Source of the DNA: Octopus bimaculoides
Lineage: Eukaryota
Direction: 5' to 3'
Length of the DNA stretch: 64,000 bases
NCBI RefSeq assembly: GCF_001194135.2
Contig: NC_068982.1
Span: 44,756,111-44,820,110, forward strand
Positions within the stretch are counted from its first letter, which is position 1. Each line of letters opens with the position of its first letter. Of this stretch, positions 1 to 12,089 are shown piece after piece. A program made the position numbers and the translations under genes. The notes beneath the pieces were generated by a model. That model was not told the origin of the DNA. It ran no database searches and saw only the letters and a list, made by a program, of their open reading frames with translations.

Positions 1-72
1 CTGGGGTCGTTGTAATCGACTTACCCCCTCCCCCGAAATTGCTGGCCTTGTACCAAAAGTTGAAACCATTAT
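1..72 (+). mobile_element. SINE family B, 3' end only
   Basis: CTGGGGTCGTTGTAATCGACTT...GGCCTTGTACCAAAAGTTGAAACCATTATT matches the 3' part of the full copies at 19781 and 23742. Confidence 0.8.
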
Positions 73-78
73 TTATAG

Positions 79-304
79 GCGACGAGTTGACAGAACCGTT
101 AGCAAGCTGACAAACTGCTTAGCGGCATTTCATCTGTCTTCACGTTCTGAGTTCAAGTTCCGGCGGGGTCGACTTTGCCTCTCATCCTTTAGGGGGTCGA
201 TAAAATAAATACCATTCAAGTACTAGGGATCGATGAAATCGACTAGCTCCTGCCCATCCCACTCAAAATAATCAGGCTTAGTGCCTGTAATAGAAAGGAC
301 TATT
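79..304 (+). mobile_element. SINE family B (~220 bp, tRNA-like head)
   Basis: GAGTTGACAGAACCGTTAGC head, GTTCTGAGTTCAAGTTCC B-box-like motif, GCCTCTCATCCTTTAGGGGGTCGATAAAATAAATACC core shared with >15 other copies in the window. Confidence 0.85.
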
Positions 305-674
305 TAGAGCTACGTTTGCTTCGAGATTCCTTGTTCCAAAAATAATTATCTCATGTCCTCTGATATATAAATTTGACGTCAACATCATCCTATCCTCATA
401 TTGTTATCAACCAAGTCTGTTAAAAAGTATTTAAAATAGTGCTTTTTTTTGTTTTTGTTAATGTTCTGAGGTGTTTTTATTTCCTGCTCGTTTCTAGAAA
501 GTTCTAAATATGTTTATGATGACGATTCTGTTACTCACCTTGGTTTACTTTTTGTGATTCCTTTCATGGACAAACAAATCGATATCCTTCCGTCTTTCCT
601 CTTGTCAATTTGTCTGCTTAACCCTGTAATCTGCACCATTACTCCATATTCTTGTTCCTTTCTCCTACCTTTTG

Positions 675-709
675 CTCATGTATGTGTATGTGTGTGTGTG
701 TAAGTGTAT

Positions 710-781
<72 letters not shown>

Positions 782-910
782 ATGTTTCTACATGTGTGTT
801 TTGCGCGCGCATATATATATATATATATATGCGCGAACACGCGTGGCTTTATATGTGCGTGTGTACTCGCGCGTGTATATGTGTGTGTACATATATGCAT
901 GTGTGTGCGC
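675..910. repeat. (TG)n microsatellite with (TA)n/(CG) mosaic
   Basis: Direct reading; explains ORFs 652-1073. Confidence 0.95.
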
Positions 911-1190
911 GAGGAATAGTGGTTACCGCTGGTGCAATCACGATTGTGAGATTGATGGTTCGATTCCTAGACCGGGCGATGCAATGTATTCTTGCGCAAA
1001 ACACTTCGTTTCACGTTGCTCAGCGACCACGTCGACATTTCGTGTGAGGAACACCGTGCACCTGTACAGGTAATGCCGATTTGATGAAGGAAATGAGTTA
1101 ATGTGCTGTAAAAACATTTGATCACTATAAATAAATCATCAGTGCAGATTGTTCAGCAAGAAATTTCAGAACCATCTTTCTCGAACTCGA
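911..1190 (+). mobile_element. Degenerate tRNA-derived SINE (separate family)
   Basis: A-box-like AATAGTGGTT, B-box GGTTCGATTCC at ~957, followed by TTCTTGCGCAAAACACTTCGTTTCACGTTGCTC resembling the family D core. Confidence 0.6.
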
Positions 1191-1233
1191 TAGACTACCA
1201 TTCACCATTCATTCACATATATGTATATGTATA

Positions 1234-1567
1234 GGTAAAGACCCCCTTCGGTCATGAATGACCATGGGATTGTACCTAGAAAGTTACCCTCCAAGGCACA
1301 AGTCCGGGCAAGGTTGTTTAAGGAAGACCAGCAGTCGCCCATGCATACCAGTCTCCCCTCTCCATGCCACTGATGTTGTCCAAAGGAAAAGCGAAGGCCA
1401 ATTCAGCTTGGCACCAGTGACGTCGCAACTCATTTCTACAGCTGAGTGAACTGGAGCAACGTGAAATAAAATATCTTGCTCAAGAACACAACACATAGCC
1501 CAGTCTGGGTATCGAACTCTCTACATCATGAATGTAAGCACGATGTTCTAACCGCTGAGCCATGCGT
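1234..1567 (-). mobile_element. SINE family D, full length
   Basis: Reverse complement: CGCATGGCTCAGCGGTTAG...GTTCGATACCC...CTTGAGCAAGATATTTTATTTCACGTTGCTCCAGTTCACTCAGCTG...CATGACCGAAGGGGGTCTTTACC; homologous to 45911, 50377, 53309. Confidence 0.9.
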
Positions 1568-1605
1568 ATATAAGTAGGTATACTTATAATTTATCTCAGT
1601 CATGA

Positions 1606-2054
1606 GCAGGAGTGGTTGTGTGGTAAGTAGCTTCTTTACCAACCACATGGTTCCGGGTTCATTCCCACTGCGTGACATCTTGGGCAAGTGTCTTCTACTG
1701 TAGCCTCGGGCCGACCAAAGCCTTGTGAGTGGATTTGGNNNNNNNNNNCGGGCCGACCAAAGCCTTGTGAGTGGATTTGGTAGACGGAAACTGAAAGAAG
1801 CCCGTCGTATATATATGTATATATATATATATTTGTGTATGTTTGTGCGTCTGTGTTTGTCCTCCCTAGCATTGCTTTACAACCGATGCTGGTGTGTTTA
1901 TGTCCCCGTAAATTAGCGGTTCGGCAAAAGAGACCGATAGAATAAGTACTAGGCTTACAAAGAATAAGTCCTGGGGTCGATTTTCTCGACTACAGGTGAT
2001 GCTCCAGCATGGCCACAGTCAAATAACTGAAACAAGTAAAAGTAAAAGAGTAAA
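1606..2054 (+). mobile_element. SINE family A, full length, with internal (TA)n and GAGTAAAA tail
   Basis: GCAGGAGTGGTTGTGTGGTAAG head, GGTTCATTCCC B box, CTTGGGCAAGTGTCTT core; homologous to 12325, 13281, 51491, 59509, 63147. Confidence 0.92.
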
Positions 2055-3707
2055 GTGCAGTCTGTGAGTCTTTCTAAATAGCACGCCTAACGAAAAATGA
2101 CTTTGGCTTTTATTTTTGGTAGTGCAGCCCGCCGGATAGTGAGCCCATGTCTCAAGCAGCACCCTGCTCGTAAGGTGTTTTCCATGCCTGATTTATCCCA
2201 TTTTATAAATTTAATTAATTTATTTATTACTTTACTATGGTCATTGTTTTTCTAACATGTTTCAGCACTTTAAGTCTGTTGTACTTTTTTTTTTTTTTTC
2301 TTAATACGAAACTTTTTATAAAGAGGATAAACTAATCGTGTGAGATTGTTTCAATATGTTACTATAGTTGTATAGTAGCATATAGTTTTAATATTTTAAG
2401 AGACGGGAGGGCACTATCGAAATCAGCGAAACGTATGAAATATTTCGTTTGCGTTACTCTCTTAGAAAAGTCGTCGAACTTTGCTTCTCTGAGGTCGGAT
2501 AGACATGGGATGAGAAAAAGGAAGCAGAATGAACAAGAGAATGGAGGGGAATGTGAATAAGGAAGGAGAATGAATAGGAGAATGAAATGGAATGCGAATA
2601 AAGAAGGAGAATGAGTAGAATGACATGGAACGAGAATAGGGAAAGGAAATAAATAAAGACAAGATCAATGTGCATGATCGATATGGATGATCGTCTCGAG
2701 ACACAAGAACCAAAGTTGATATTATGAAACAGAATTTGCTTTGCTCGATGTTAATTAAAACAGAGTTCTGATAGAAATAATTAAGGATTAGTGATCACGA
2801 AAGCAGAGTGAAGGGTGTAAAATCATATCATCGTGATGGCGACTATAGTAGCTTAGCTAGGTGTCGAGATGGTTCTGGAAGTGGTTGTAATGATGTTAAT
2901 GATAATGTATCGGCCAAATAGACGATAAAATGAATTACCTTTTGAAGATAAGATTTATGGATGGATAACTTCTTTCTTTTTTTTTTTTTTTTTNNNNNNN
3001 NNNTTTTTTTTTTTCTTTTTGCATTGATAAATCAGTTAATTCTGAAAGCTAGCTGAACTGATGAACATGTGATTAACCAAACTGATGTTTCCTTTGACTA
3101 ACGATCAAGTTAAATGAGTGACACTGTAATACGGTGACTGACCAATTTAAGATGGCTCTGGCTTAATGTAAAATCTTTTGATAACTAATTTTATCTTTGA
3201 CGGTATGCCTACCAACCACATAAGGTCAACATGACTTATTGATTTCCAACCCGAAGACAACGTCACAAATTATATTTAGGGCGAGGGGAAATAACATAAA
3301 GTAACATTTATATTGCCCTTTTTTCTTTTTTTCTTTTTTTTTTTTTGTCTCCTTTCTCCAAAGGTATCAGCAACTCAGGTTCACCGTAGCTCACATATTC
3401 TATGACACTTTTGGCGTGTCTAGCGTCATAGTGAAAGCAGACATTAGATTATCAATTGTGCTAAAATGAAGGCCAACATAGAAATTTATTATTCAAATTA
3501 ATGATTATTTAATGATTATTTAAATTAATTCGTTAATTGTAATAATTAGCTTCCTCTTTTTTATATTTATTTATTTATTTATTTATTACTTTTTCGTTAA
3601 TTTAAGCAAATAGCAAATAGAGGCATCTATCCTGTAATGCATTGAAGCATCCCATGTATTTCAAAGGTTGTAAATCCCTTTATTATCACTTGTGCTATTA
3701 CTTGTGG

Positions 3708-3977
3708 TTATTGTTGTTTAACCCACGGTCGGCTCTGTTTGAGTTGACCATTGACCGAATCCGTTCCATCAGCGACTGCTCCGTCTTTTCGTACATCAAC
3801 GTCTACAGTGTATAATGTGTGTACATATACTTGAAGGTTTGCAAGGGTGCGATTTGAAGGAGATGTGGCTGCTATTTCCGGCAGCTCGAATGACTGCACA
3901 TTGATTCCTCTCCTAGCTTGTGCTTGTATTTGCTTGAAATATTTGGAGATTGTTAACAAAATAGTTTGACAAACGAT
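3708..3977 (-). CDS. Candidate host coding exon (89 aa + stop), unidentified protein
   Basis: Non-repetitive open frame IVCQTILLTISKYFKQ...RPWVKQQ* starting at a T-rich acceptor (T15-GAAG|ATC); AATAAA 24 nt after the stop; no homology recognised. Confidence 0.35.
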   Translation of the reverse strand: MVCQTILLTISKYFKQIQAQARRGINVQSFELPEIAATSPSNRTLANLQVYVHTLYTVDVDVRKDGAVADGTDSVNGQLKQSRPWVKQQ

Positions 3978-3994
3978 CTTCAAAAAAAAAAAAA

Positions 3995-4057
<63 letters not shown>

Positions 4058-4074
4058 AATAAATAAATAAATAA
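3995..4074. repeat. (AAT)n then (AAAT)n microsatellite
   Basis: Direct reading. Confidence 0.95.
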
Positions 4075-4125
4075 AACTTGAAGATTTCAGTGTTCTTTCA
4101 CAACCACTTTATGCAGTGGAAGAAA

Positions 4126-4425
4126 GTGCGTGGCTTAGTAGTTAGGTTATTCGGTTCACAATCGTAAGTCATGAGTTCGATTCCCGATGGCACGTTGTAT
4201 CCTTGAGCAAGGCACTTTATTTCCCGTTGCTCCAGTCCACTCAACTGACAAAAATAAGTTGCACTTGTATATCCTTGTCACATTCTTCGTCAACGTTGAA
4301 TCTCCCTGAGAACTATGTTACGGATACGCGTGTCTGGGGAGTGATCACCCACTTGCACATTAATTTCACAAGCAGGCTGTCTTGTGATCGGATCAATTGG
4401 AACCTTCGTTGGCGTAACCGACAGT
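4126..4425 (+). mobile_element. Hybrid SINE: family-D-like head/core with family-C 3' tail
   Basis: CCTTGAGCAAGGCACTTTATTTCCCGTTGCTCCAGTCCACTCAACTG (D-like) followed by CCCTGAGAACTATGTTA...CACTTGCACATTAATTTCACAAGCAGGCTG...GATCGGATCAATTGGAACC (C tail). Confidence 0.75.
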
Positions 4426-5088
4426 GACGGTTCTTTGCCTTGGAAACTTGGCTGGTAATTTTATAGCATCCTTCACTTATGAACCATCTTCAACTGTGAT
4501 TTAGATTGCACAGCAAACCAGGCAAAATCCACTCGTGAACCTTTATTACCGGTCTACGCTGCTCTATATCAACTACTCTTACTCCTACATGATGCTTACT
4601 TACTGATTTATAAATAAGTGTGTTTGCAAAGAACAAAGTACTAGGCCATAGACGAAATTCGAACTGCTGAATCCTTATTTAGAAATTCAAATGATCAAGC
4701 AAAGAAAATTTAGATACAAATAGCAAAATAGCCATTGAAATCTTTTGTTGTTGTTTGTCCCCAAATCAACTCTGACGTTATTTCAGACGGTGGAGTGAAA
4801 TTCGAGAGAGATTTGTCTGCTGTTTAAACCAAATCTAACAACTACGTAGAGGTTCCCTCGCTGGTTGCATTGAAATCTATCCGCAGTAATTAAGCATTTG
4901 CAGCGGAATATTGTCTCGGAGACAAAAAGAATTCTATTGCGTAATAACACATAGACGGGCCACCAAGCGATGTCAGTAGACTAACAGACACGATGTTTCG
5001 GTGTCATTTCATCTCTTCAGTATGCTTACTCTACATTAATTCCACCTTTGAAATCCACAGCACACATCAACAACTGTGTTATTTGCAG

Positions 5089-5232
5089 TTTCCTATATAT
5101 AGAAATAGAAGTTCCGACTTAGCTTCAAAATACGAAGCAGAATCTTTCACTGAGGAGGCGAAAATCCCACCGAAACACTATGCCTGGTTGCCATTTGATG
5201 TTACTTGGAGCCCGATTCGATGTCTAAAATGA
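5089..5232 (+). pseudogene. Possible cytochrome P450 C-terminal remnant (PERF/heme-region-like)
   Basis: FPIY...YEAESFTEEAKIPPKHYAWLPFDVTWSPIRCLK* resembles IPIY...F(D)PERFTEEAK...HPYAWLPFGxGPRNCxG, but the motif glycines are lost; starts after a TTATTTGCAG acceptor. Confidence 0.3.
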
Positions 5233-6420
5233 GGAAAAATTTTCACGTTTTCGCGTACAAGAACTAATCAAAAATAAGTGTATGTACACGTTCACAGACC
5301 CATACATGCATTTATGTGTGTGTATATATGTGTATTATATGTGTGTGTGGGGGGGGGGGTAAATCAATCTGTTATTCTTTTCTGAGTTCTCCATCCACCG
5401 GAACTCCATCATAATTTATGAATTATTCTGCTCTGTTTTTTTATCACATTTTTCTCCACCTCTTTATCTTTTCTTTCTTTTGTTTCCCCTTCCACTTTCT
5501 TTCTGCCCGACTCCTATTTCCATTTACTCCTTCTCGTTCATTTCTTTGTTCTCCCCACATTCTAATAGCCTGTTTACTTATTCCAATCTATATTCCCCCA
5601 CCTACCATGTCTTTTAGCTCTTGTCATATATTTCTGTTTTGTCCTTCATGCTTGTATTTTGTCCTCACATAACTCTTACTGGTTTTTGTGGGTCTTCTTT
5701 TTTGTTGTTTCACTGTTGTTCTTCATGTTATTGATATCCTCATACTTATTGGTGTTATTATTGATCTATTGTTGACGTACTAATTCTTGGTATTGTTCTT
5801 GTTGTCGTCGTCATCGTCCTTGTTGTTGTTGTTGGTGGTGGTGTTTCTCCCAAGTAATGTCTTCACATCTGAACACTTATTATTCTCACTCCCCACATCA
5901 AGCGCTCCTTCTACGGTCGCTTCTTTCATTGAAATGTAAATAAAAGAAAGATCCTCGATACTAACTATAGATTATCGATATTTGATTAAAAAACAATTTG
6001 ATTGGGTATGGGGTGAGATGTGGCCTGAGATCGAACAGTGAGTGATTCGATGTATGAAAGAGAAATAGTCGTAGAGAGCGGTGGGTAAGCTACGTAAGAG
6101 GGTAGGGAAGGAAGTCAGATATGGTGAGATCTGTGTCAGTGAAAGAAGCCAAGATTTTAGTGTATGGGATGGATGGCAGGCAGGCAGGGGTGACTGGCAA
6201 CGATTCCTTTGACTGACTGATGGTATTTTCTTCAAAGAACCAAAACACTGGCATCGATCTTCTGTACAATGGTGTGCAAGGGTGCCGTATTTAGAAGATA
6301 GGTCGAACATTCCAGAAAAACTAATGTTCCATATGCGTGCTCATGTGTATGTAAGAGCATATTGGTGTGCGCATGTATATATGTATATGTATGTGTGTAT
6401 GTATATATATATATATATAT

Positions 6421-7166
6421 NNNNNNNNNNNNNNNNNNNNNNNNNNNNNNNNNNNNNNNNNNNNNNNNNNNNNNNNNNNNNNNNNNNNNNNNNNNNNNNN
6501 NNNNNNNNNNNNNNNNNNNNNNNNNNNNNNNNNNNNNNNNNNNNNNNNNNNNNNNNNNNNNNNNNNNNNNNNNNNNNNNNNNNNNNNNNNNNNNNNNNNN
6601 NNNNNNNNNNNNNNNNNNNNNNNNNNNNNNNNNNNNNNNNNNNNNNNNNNNNNNNNNNNNNNNNNNNNNNNNNNNNNNNNNNNNNNNNNNNNNNNNNNNN
6701 NNNNNNNNNNNNNNNNNNNNNNNNNNNNNNNNNNNNNNNNNNNNNNNNNNNNNNNNNNNNNNNNNNNNNNNNNNNNNNNNNNNNNNNNNNNNNNNNNNNN
6801 NNNNNNNNNNNNNNNNNNNNNNNNNNNNNNNNNNNNNNNNNNNNNNNNNNNNNNNNNNNNNNNNNNNNNNNNNNNNNNNNNNNNNNNNNNNNNNNNNNNN
6901 NNNNNNNNNNNNNNNNNNNNNNNNNNNNNNNNNNNNNNNNNNNNNNNNNNNNNNNNNNNNNNNNNNNNNNNNNNNNNNNNNNNNNNNNNNNNNNNNNNNN
7001 NNNNNNNNNNNNNNNNNNNNNNNNNNNNNNNNNNNNNNNNNNNNNNNNNNNNNNNNNNNNNNNNNNNNNNNNNNNNNNNNNNNNNNNNNNNNNNNNNNNN
7101 NNNNNNNNNNNNNNNNNNNNNNNNNNNNNNNNNNNNNNNNNNNNNNNNNNNNNNNNNNNNNNNNNN
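6421..7166. other. Assembly gap (others: 1739-1748, 2994-3003, 8063-8308, 13636-14245, 14495-14513, 14785-15154, 17016-17322, 18171-18180, 22063-22483, 32185-32728, 44934-45501, 55701-56060)
   Basis: Runs of N, mostly flanked by microsatellites or SINEs. Confidence 0.99.
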
Positions 7167-7197
<31 letters not shown>

Positions 7198-7465
7198 GTG
7201 TGTCTGTGTGTGTGCGCTTGTGTGTGTGCGTGCGTATGTGCTTGTGCGTGTGTGTGTGTTTGTGTGTGTGATTTTAACTTCATGTCTAAAAGGCATGTTG
7301 CTATAATATAATAGTATTTACACGAGCCAACAAGGAAACTTTAGGCGCAATCTTTCGACCTGCTAGAAATAGAATCCGATTTTCCTTCATATCAGACATT
7401 ACAAAAAAAAAAAAAGTAAGAAAGAAAAGTGAGAAGAACGGCTGTCTGTTTCTAGATCTTTTTGC

Positions 7466-7615
7466 ATCTAAATTCCGCCGGGGCCGACTTTGCCTTTCAT
7501 CCTTTCGAGATCGATAAATTAAGTACCAGTGGAGCACTGGGGTCGATGTAATCAACTTCGTCTTTCCCCAAAAATTTCAGGTCTTGTGCCTATTGTGGAA
7601 ATGATTATTATTATT
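7466..7615 (+). mobile_element. SINE family B, 5'-truncated, (ATT)n tail
   Basis: AAATTCCGCCGGGGCCGACTTTGCCTTTCATCCTTTCGAGATCGATAAATTAAGTACCAG. Confidence 0.85.
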
Positions 7616-8440
7616 ACATTTCTCTATTATATGCATATATGTTACGATTTTATCATATATCTATATAAACACCTACACAATCAGAACAGACCAGAGTTTC
7701 CGTTACACATCGTATTCACAAACGCAAATGCGCGCGCGCACATCGGCAGCAGCAGCAGCAGCAGCTTCGTCGTCATCATTGTTTAGTGCACCGACCTTAG
7801 TTTACAATAATTTTCATATACTTAACTTGTGTATAGAAAATACATTTTGCTTATATGTTCTTCATGATATATTTTTATATCTCTAGATTATAATAATTAC
7901 ACTCTTGCCGTATATCAAAAAGACCCTTAACACTTTTTCATCACTAACGGATGGCAATGTGTACTGATAGGTGTTGTGATTATACACACATACACACACA
8001 CATACATATGCAAATATATATAACATATACAAACACGTATGTATATATACTGTACATATATANNNNNNNNNNNNNNNNNNNNNNNNNNNNNNNNNNNNNN
8101 NNNNNNNNNNNNNNNNNNNNNNNNNNNNNNNNNNNNNNNNNNNNNNNNNNNNNNNNNNNNNNNNNNNNNNNNNNNNNNNNNNNNNNNNNNNNNNNNNNNN
8201 NNNNNNNNNNNNNNNNNNNNNNNNNNNNNNNNNNNNNNNNNNNNNNNNNNNNNNNNNNNNNNNNNNNNNNNNNNNNNNNNNNNNNNNNNNNNNNNNNNNN
8301 NNNNNNNNATATATATATACGTGTGTGTGTGTATACATACACACACATATATATGTGTGTGTCATGTGTTATATCTTTAGGTATCGAAGTAACTGAATTT
8401 CTCCCCTCTGTGTGTGGGGGTATGTATGTATATGTACATA

Positions 8441-8476
<36 letters not shown>

Positions 8477-8702
8477 TGCAGAGAGAGAGAGTGTGTGGGG
8501 GGAGGGGGAAGATTAAGTTACTTCGAAACCTAAAAATAAACTGAAACGAAGATTAATTAATGAACAACAGCCTTACGTATGTTTTCCATATTTACACTAA
8601 ATATTGGCATAGTGAATGAACACTCATACACACACTTTTCCTAGGAACACGCTCTTTATCTCTCTTTTTCTCTCTCTCTCTCTCTATCTCTATATCTCTC
8701 AA

Positions 8703-8735
<33 letters not shown>

Positions 8736-9334
8736 CACACATACACTCACTCACTCACTCACGCACTGACCCATTCACACACATTTTTGTATGTGCAAAT
8801 GGGGAAATGCATATGGATATATTAATGCTAAACAAACAGGACTCATATATGCATCATCATAGATAACAATGCTTGCTAACAAAACGACGCATACAGACTT
8901 CGTTTTAATATACTGATACATGCATAGATGCATTTTTTTAAAAATAAGTTTACAACAGAAAAGAGTCGCCGCCCATGATTCAGTAATCTCTCTCAAACTT
9001 ATGTGATTGATGTGAAATCTTAATATGCGTGCTTAATGTCTGCAAGACTGGAAAGAAACGTGGAGGAATCATCGCAATGCCTGCAGGCATGACTGTGTTG
9101 TTAAGATGCTCATTTTGAGTTCAGTCCCACTGCGCTGCATTTGGAGCAAGTGTGTTCTGGTATAGTTCACTTGTACACACACACATCCATCCACAACTAC
9201 ACTGCTGGTGTTAAAATTCCAATGAAGGAACCTTGGATCTAAGTTAGAAACCGCACTTTCTGCATTGGCAGGAAATCTAGAAATAGATCTAAATAATTAT
9301 ATACCAGCATACATACATACATACATACATACAT

Positions 9335-10449
9335 GTGTCTTGAAGACAGTAGAATTAACACGAAGCGCAGCCTTTCTTGGACACAAGACCACTACATCAC
9401 ATTACACTTTGAAGGCTATGCGTTTGCAATCCAGGAACAGGAGATTGCCACAAAGTACCTGGTGAACTAGAGAGATAGTGACGCTCTTGTAATCCCAAGG
9501 TGCAACCGCATGTGTAGGCTATGTCATGTTTCTAGGGAAGACATCACGCATGTCATCACGGTACTACCTCCCTATGCGGCATGATGCTGAAATAAACTTA
9601 GGAAATCCCTCTGTTATGGAATACATTCATAAACACCAACTCAAGGAATACTGGTGGAATATTCCCATCAAAATTTCTGTCAAATGTAAACATAACAGGC
9701 CGGATATTGTTGTTTGGGACTGAGGGGCAAAGATATGCATCATCATAGAGGTCAGCTGCCCTGCAGATATAAATATCAATTTGAAATTCAAAGAAAAAGA
9801 GGATATCTATGGACAACTGCTTCGAAACCTCCAGCTTCTATATCCAGACTATGAATTCATATTCATGCCAATAATAATTGGAGAACTAGGTTTTATTAGT
9901 AAATGCTTAAAGGAGAATCTGGATAAACTGGGATTTTCAGAAAGAGAAATCGACCGGCTAATTCGTACATTACAAGCGCAATCTGTGAGTGAAACAGTAA
10001 AAATATGCAAGACATTTTTCAAGTTCCAAATGTGAATTTGTCTGTGTTAACTACATCCCAAAGATGGAGCCTTGTATCTTTGTTGGAAACCGGCCCACTC
10101 CTCGGTGGAAGAATTATAATAATTAAAAAATAGAAGAGACATACATATATTTTGCACAAAAACCTAGAAATATTTAGTTTCACAGAGAAAGAGCAAAAGA
10201 AACTGACGTGGATTCTCCAAATCCAATCTATTAGTGGCACAGTGAAGATATGGAGGATATTCTCAAAATTCTCCATCTGAGATTCTTATGTCAACAGATG
10301 CATGCACGTGGGTGTGTGCGTCGACAGTTTAACCAACACACCGACTCGACCACATATTTAAAAACACCGGGAACTCTCTTAACTCAAAATGTCTTGTCGC
10401 TTTGTTAGCGACCGACTTGAACTCTCTCAAGAAGAACTCAAATAAAACT
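9335..10449 (+). mobile_element. 5'-truncated R4/Dong-clade non-LTR retrotransposon (RLE-type) inserted in (CATA)n
   Basis: Coding remnant plus ~410-bp 3' UTR ending AATAAAACTC; flanked by (CATA)n at 9308-9334 and 10450-10480. Confidence 0.85.
9408..10035 (+). pseudogene. C-terminus of R4-clade ORF: zinc knuckle and restriction-like endonuclease
   Basis: FEGYAFAIQEQEIATKYL; CRLCHVSREDITHVI (CCHC knuckle, last Cys deleted); YYLPMRHD; CKHNRPDIVVWD*GAKICIIIEVSCPADINI..KEKEDIYGQL..LYPDY..MPIIIG.LG. Stops at 9468 and 9721, one frameshift near 9560. Confidence 0.9.
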
Positions 10450-10451
10450 CA

Positions 10452-10485
<34 letters not shown>

Positions 10486-10763
10486 CATACACACACATTA
10501 TTGTTGGTATCTCTCGATGTGGATAATTTGTATTAAATTTATCAATATATTCTGAAACGTCTCAATATAAGAACGCTTTGACACAAAAGTGCGTTGATAG
10601 CAAAGATGAAACTTGAAACTCAACTGGATCTGAGAGCCCCGGTTCTCGTCCTGTCTCTTCTGTTTGATATCTCTTTCTGTTAGCCTCTTCTTTAGGGTTA
10701 ATTTCAACCAAGTCGCATTCAACGAGGAATATCATTTACCTCTTTAAGGCATATTAGCTACTT

Positions 10764-10919
10764 CAGTAGCATAACTAGTGAGATGTGGTTCGCTCTGGGC
10801 AACGCTTTTATGGGGGCGGCACTCTTGGATTTGATGTTTAAACATTGTATAGCAGACACGTGGGGGCAGAAACTCAAACGTTGCCACCGGGTGGCACATA
10901 CACTCTAGTTACGCCTCTG
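10764..10919. mobile_element. hAT-type MITE (156 bp)
   Basis: TIRs CAGTAGCATAACTAG / CTAGTTACGCCTCTG; decayed 8-bp TSD AGCTACTT / AGCTGCAT. Confidence 0.65.
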
Positions 10920-10981
10920 AGCTGCATGACGAATCCACGAGGAAACTTCGGTATTAAACTTTCTGAATGCTTTCAGAATAT

Positions 10982-11302
10982 CAGTGGTTCCAAACTGGGG
11001 TCCACACGACCCTGGTAGGGATGGATCCATGTAAGATTTTGATATTAAAATGTATGTTCAATAAATTGGTTTTACTACAGTACACAAAATATTTTAACAA
11101 CTTTTTAATACAATTCCTAATATTTAAATATACTCTTTTATTCTTTTATTTGTTTCAGTCATTTGACTGCGGCCATGCTGGAGCACCGCATTTAAAAATA
11201 TAATAGAATTTTTTAAACATTGAATGGCTGTGAAGGTCCTTCCAAGAAAAATATGAATCAAAGGGCTCCATAGATAAAATAAAAAATAGTTGAGCAACAC
11301 TG
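10982..11302. mobile_element. hAT-Charlie-like MITE, short copy of the 41338 family, with a SINE-A tail fragment at 11128-11190
   Basis: CAGTGGTTCCAAACT / AGTTGAGCAACACTG ends; 3' part aligns with 41995-42077; no clear TSD. Confidence 0.6.
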
Positions 11303-11474
11303 CTTTGGTTCTTTGTATCACCATCACGGGGCTCCTACTGGACTTGTTCCTTCTTGTAATTCTCTGTGCATAAGTATATCTGAGTGTTAAACGCGCGCGT
11401 GCACACACGCACACACATAATTCATTGCATATATACACACATGCACACTCAGATATAAGTGTAAAGAAATAATT

Positions 11475-11783
11475 TTGTTGTTGTTGGCATTCCGTCGCTT
11501 ACGACGTCGAGGGTTCCAGTTGATCCGATCAACGGAACAGCCTGCTCGTGAAATTAACGTGCAAGTGGCTGAGCACTCCACAGACACGTGTACCCTTAAC
11601 GTAGTTCTCGGAGATATTCAGCGTGACACAGTGTGACAAGGCTGACCACCATCCCCTGCCGGAGCCTCGTGGAGCTTTAGGTGTTTTTGCTCAATAAACA
11701 CTCACAACGCCCGGTCTGGGAATCGAAACCGCGATTCTATGACCGCGAGTCCGCTGCCCTAACCACTGGGCCATTGCGCCTTC
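11475..11783 (-). mobile_element. SINE family C with internal ~80-bp deletion
   Basis: Matches 41413-41799 except for a missing internal block; 12-bp TSD AAAGAAATAATT at 11463-11474 and 11784-11795. Confidence 0.92.
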
Positions 11784-12089
11784 AAAGAAATAATTAGTGT
11801 TGACCAAAAGCAATAACTAATCAACCTTTTAACCGCTTGCGCTTCTCTGAGAATTTTACGCAGTTCCCATACGATCTAACAATAGTTAAGATGAATACTA
11901 GCATAACCTCATCATGACGTAGTTAACTATGACATTTAAAACACCTCCCCGTCTCTCTCCTTTTATAATTTATTGTCCGCTCCGGGAAACCGATTTATTA
12001 ACTCCTCAAATTTAGCAGCATTTCCGTGTTTGAGTGTTTGTTTTTTGCTTTTTATTTTTATTTATTTATTTTGTGATAGCAGTTATTTA

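Noticed and set aside
652-1073. Cys/Val-, His/Thr- and Ile/Tyr-rich ORFs (also 35728-36499, 46867-47234 and others)
   Set aside because: Translations of (TG)n, (CA)n and (TA)n microsatellites.
1707-1780. 32-bp direct repeat inside SINE-A
   Set aside because: The two copies flank a 10-N gap; this is typical of an unmerged contig overlap, not biology.
6232-8544. Long ORFs of 110-354 aa in the track (also 13553-15352, 16729-17479, 22033-22602, 32117-32858, 44917-45648, 55351-56302)
   Set aside because: They are mostly X residues translated across N gaps.
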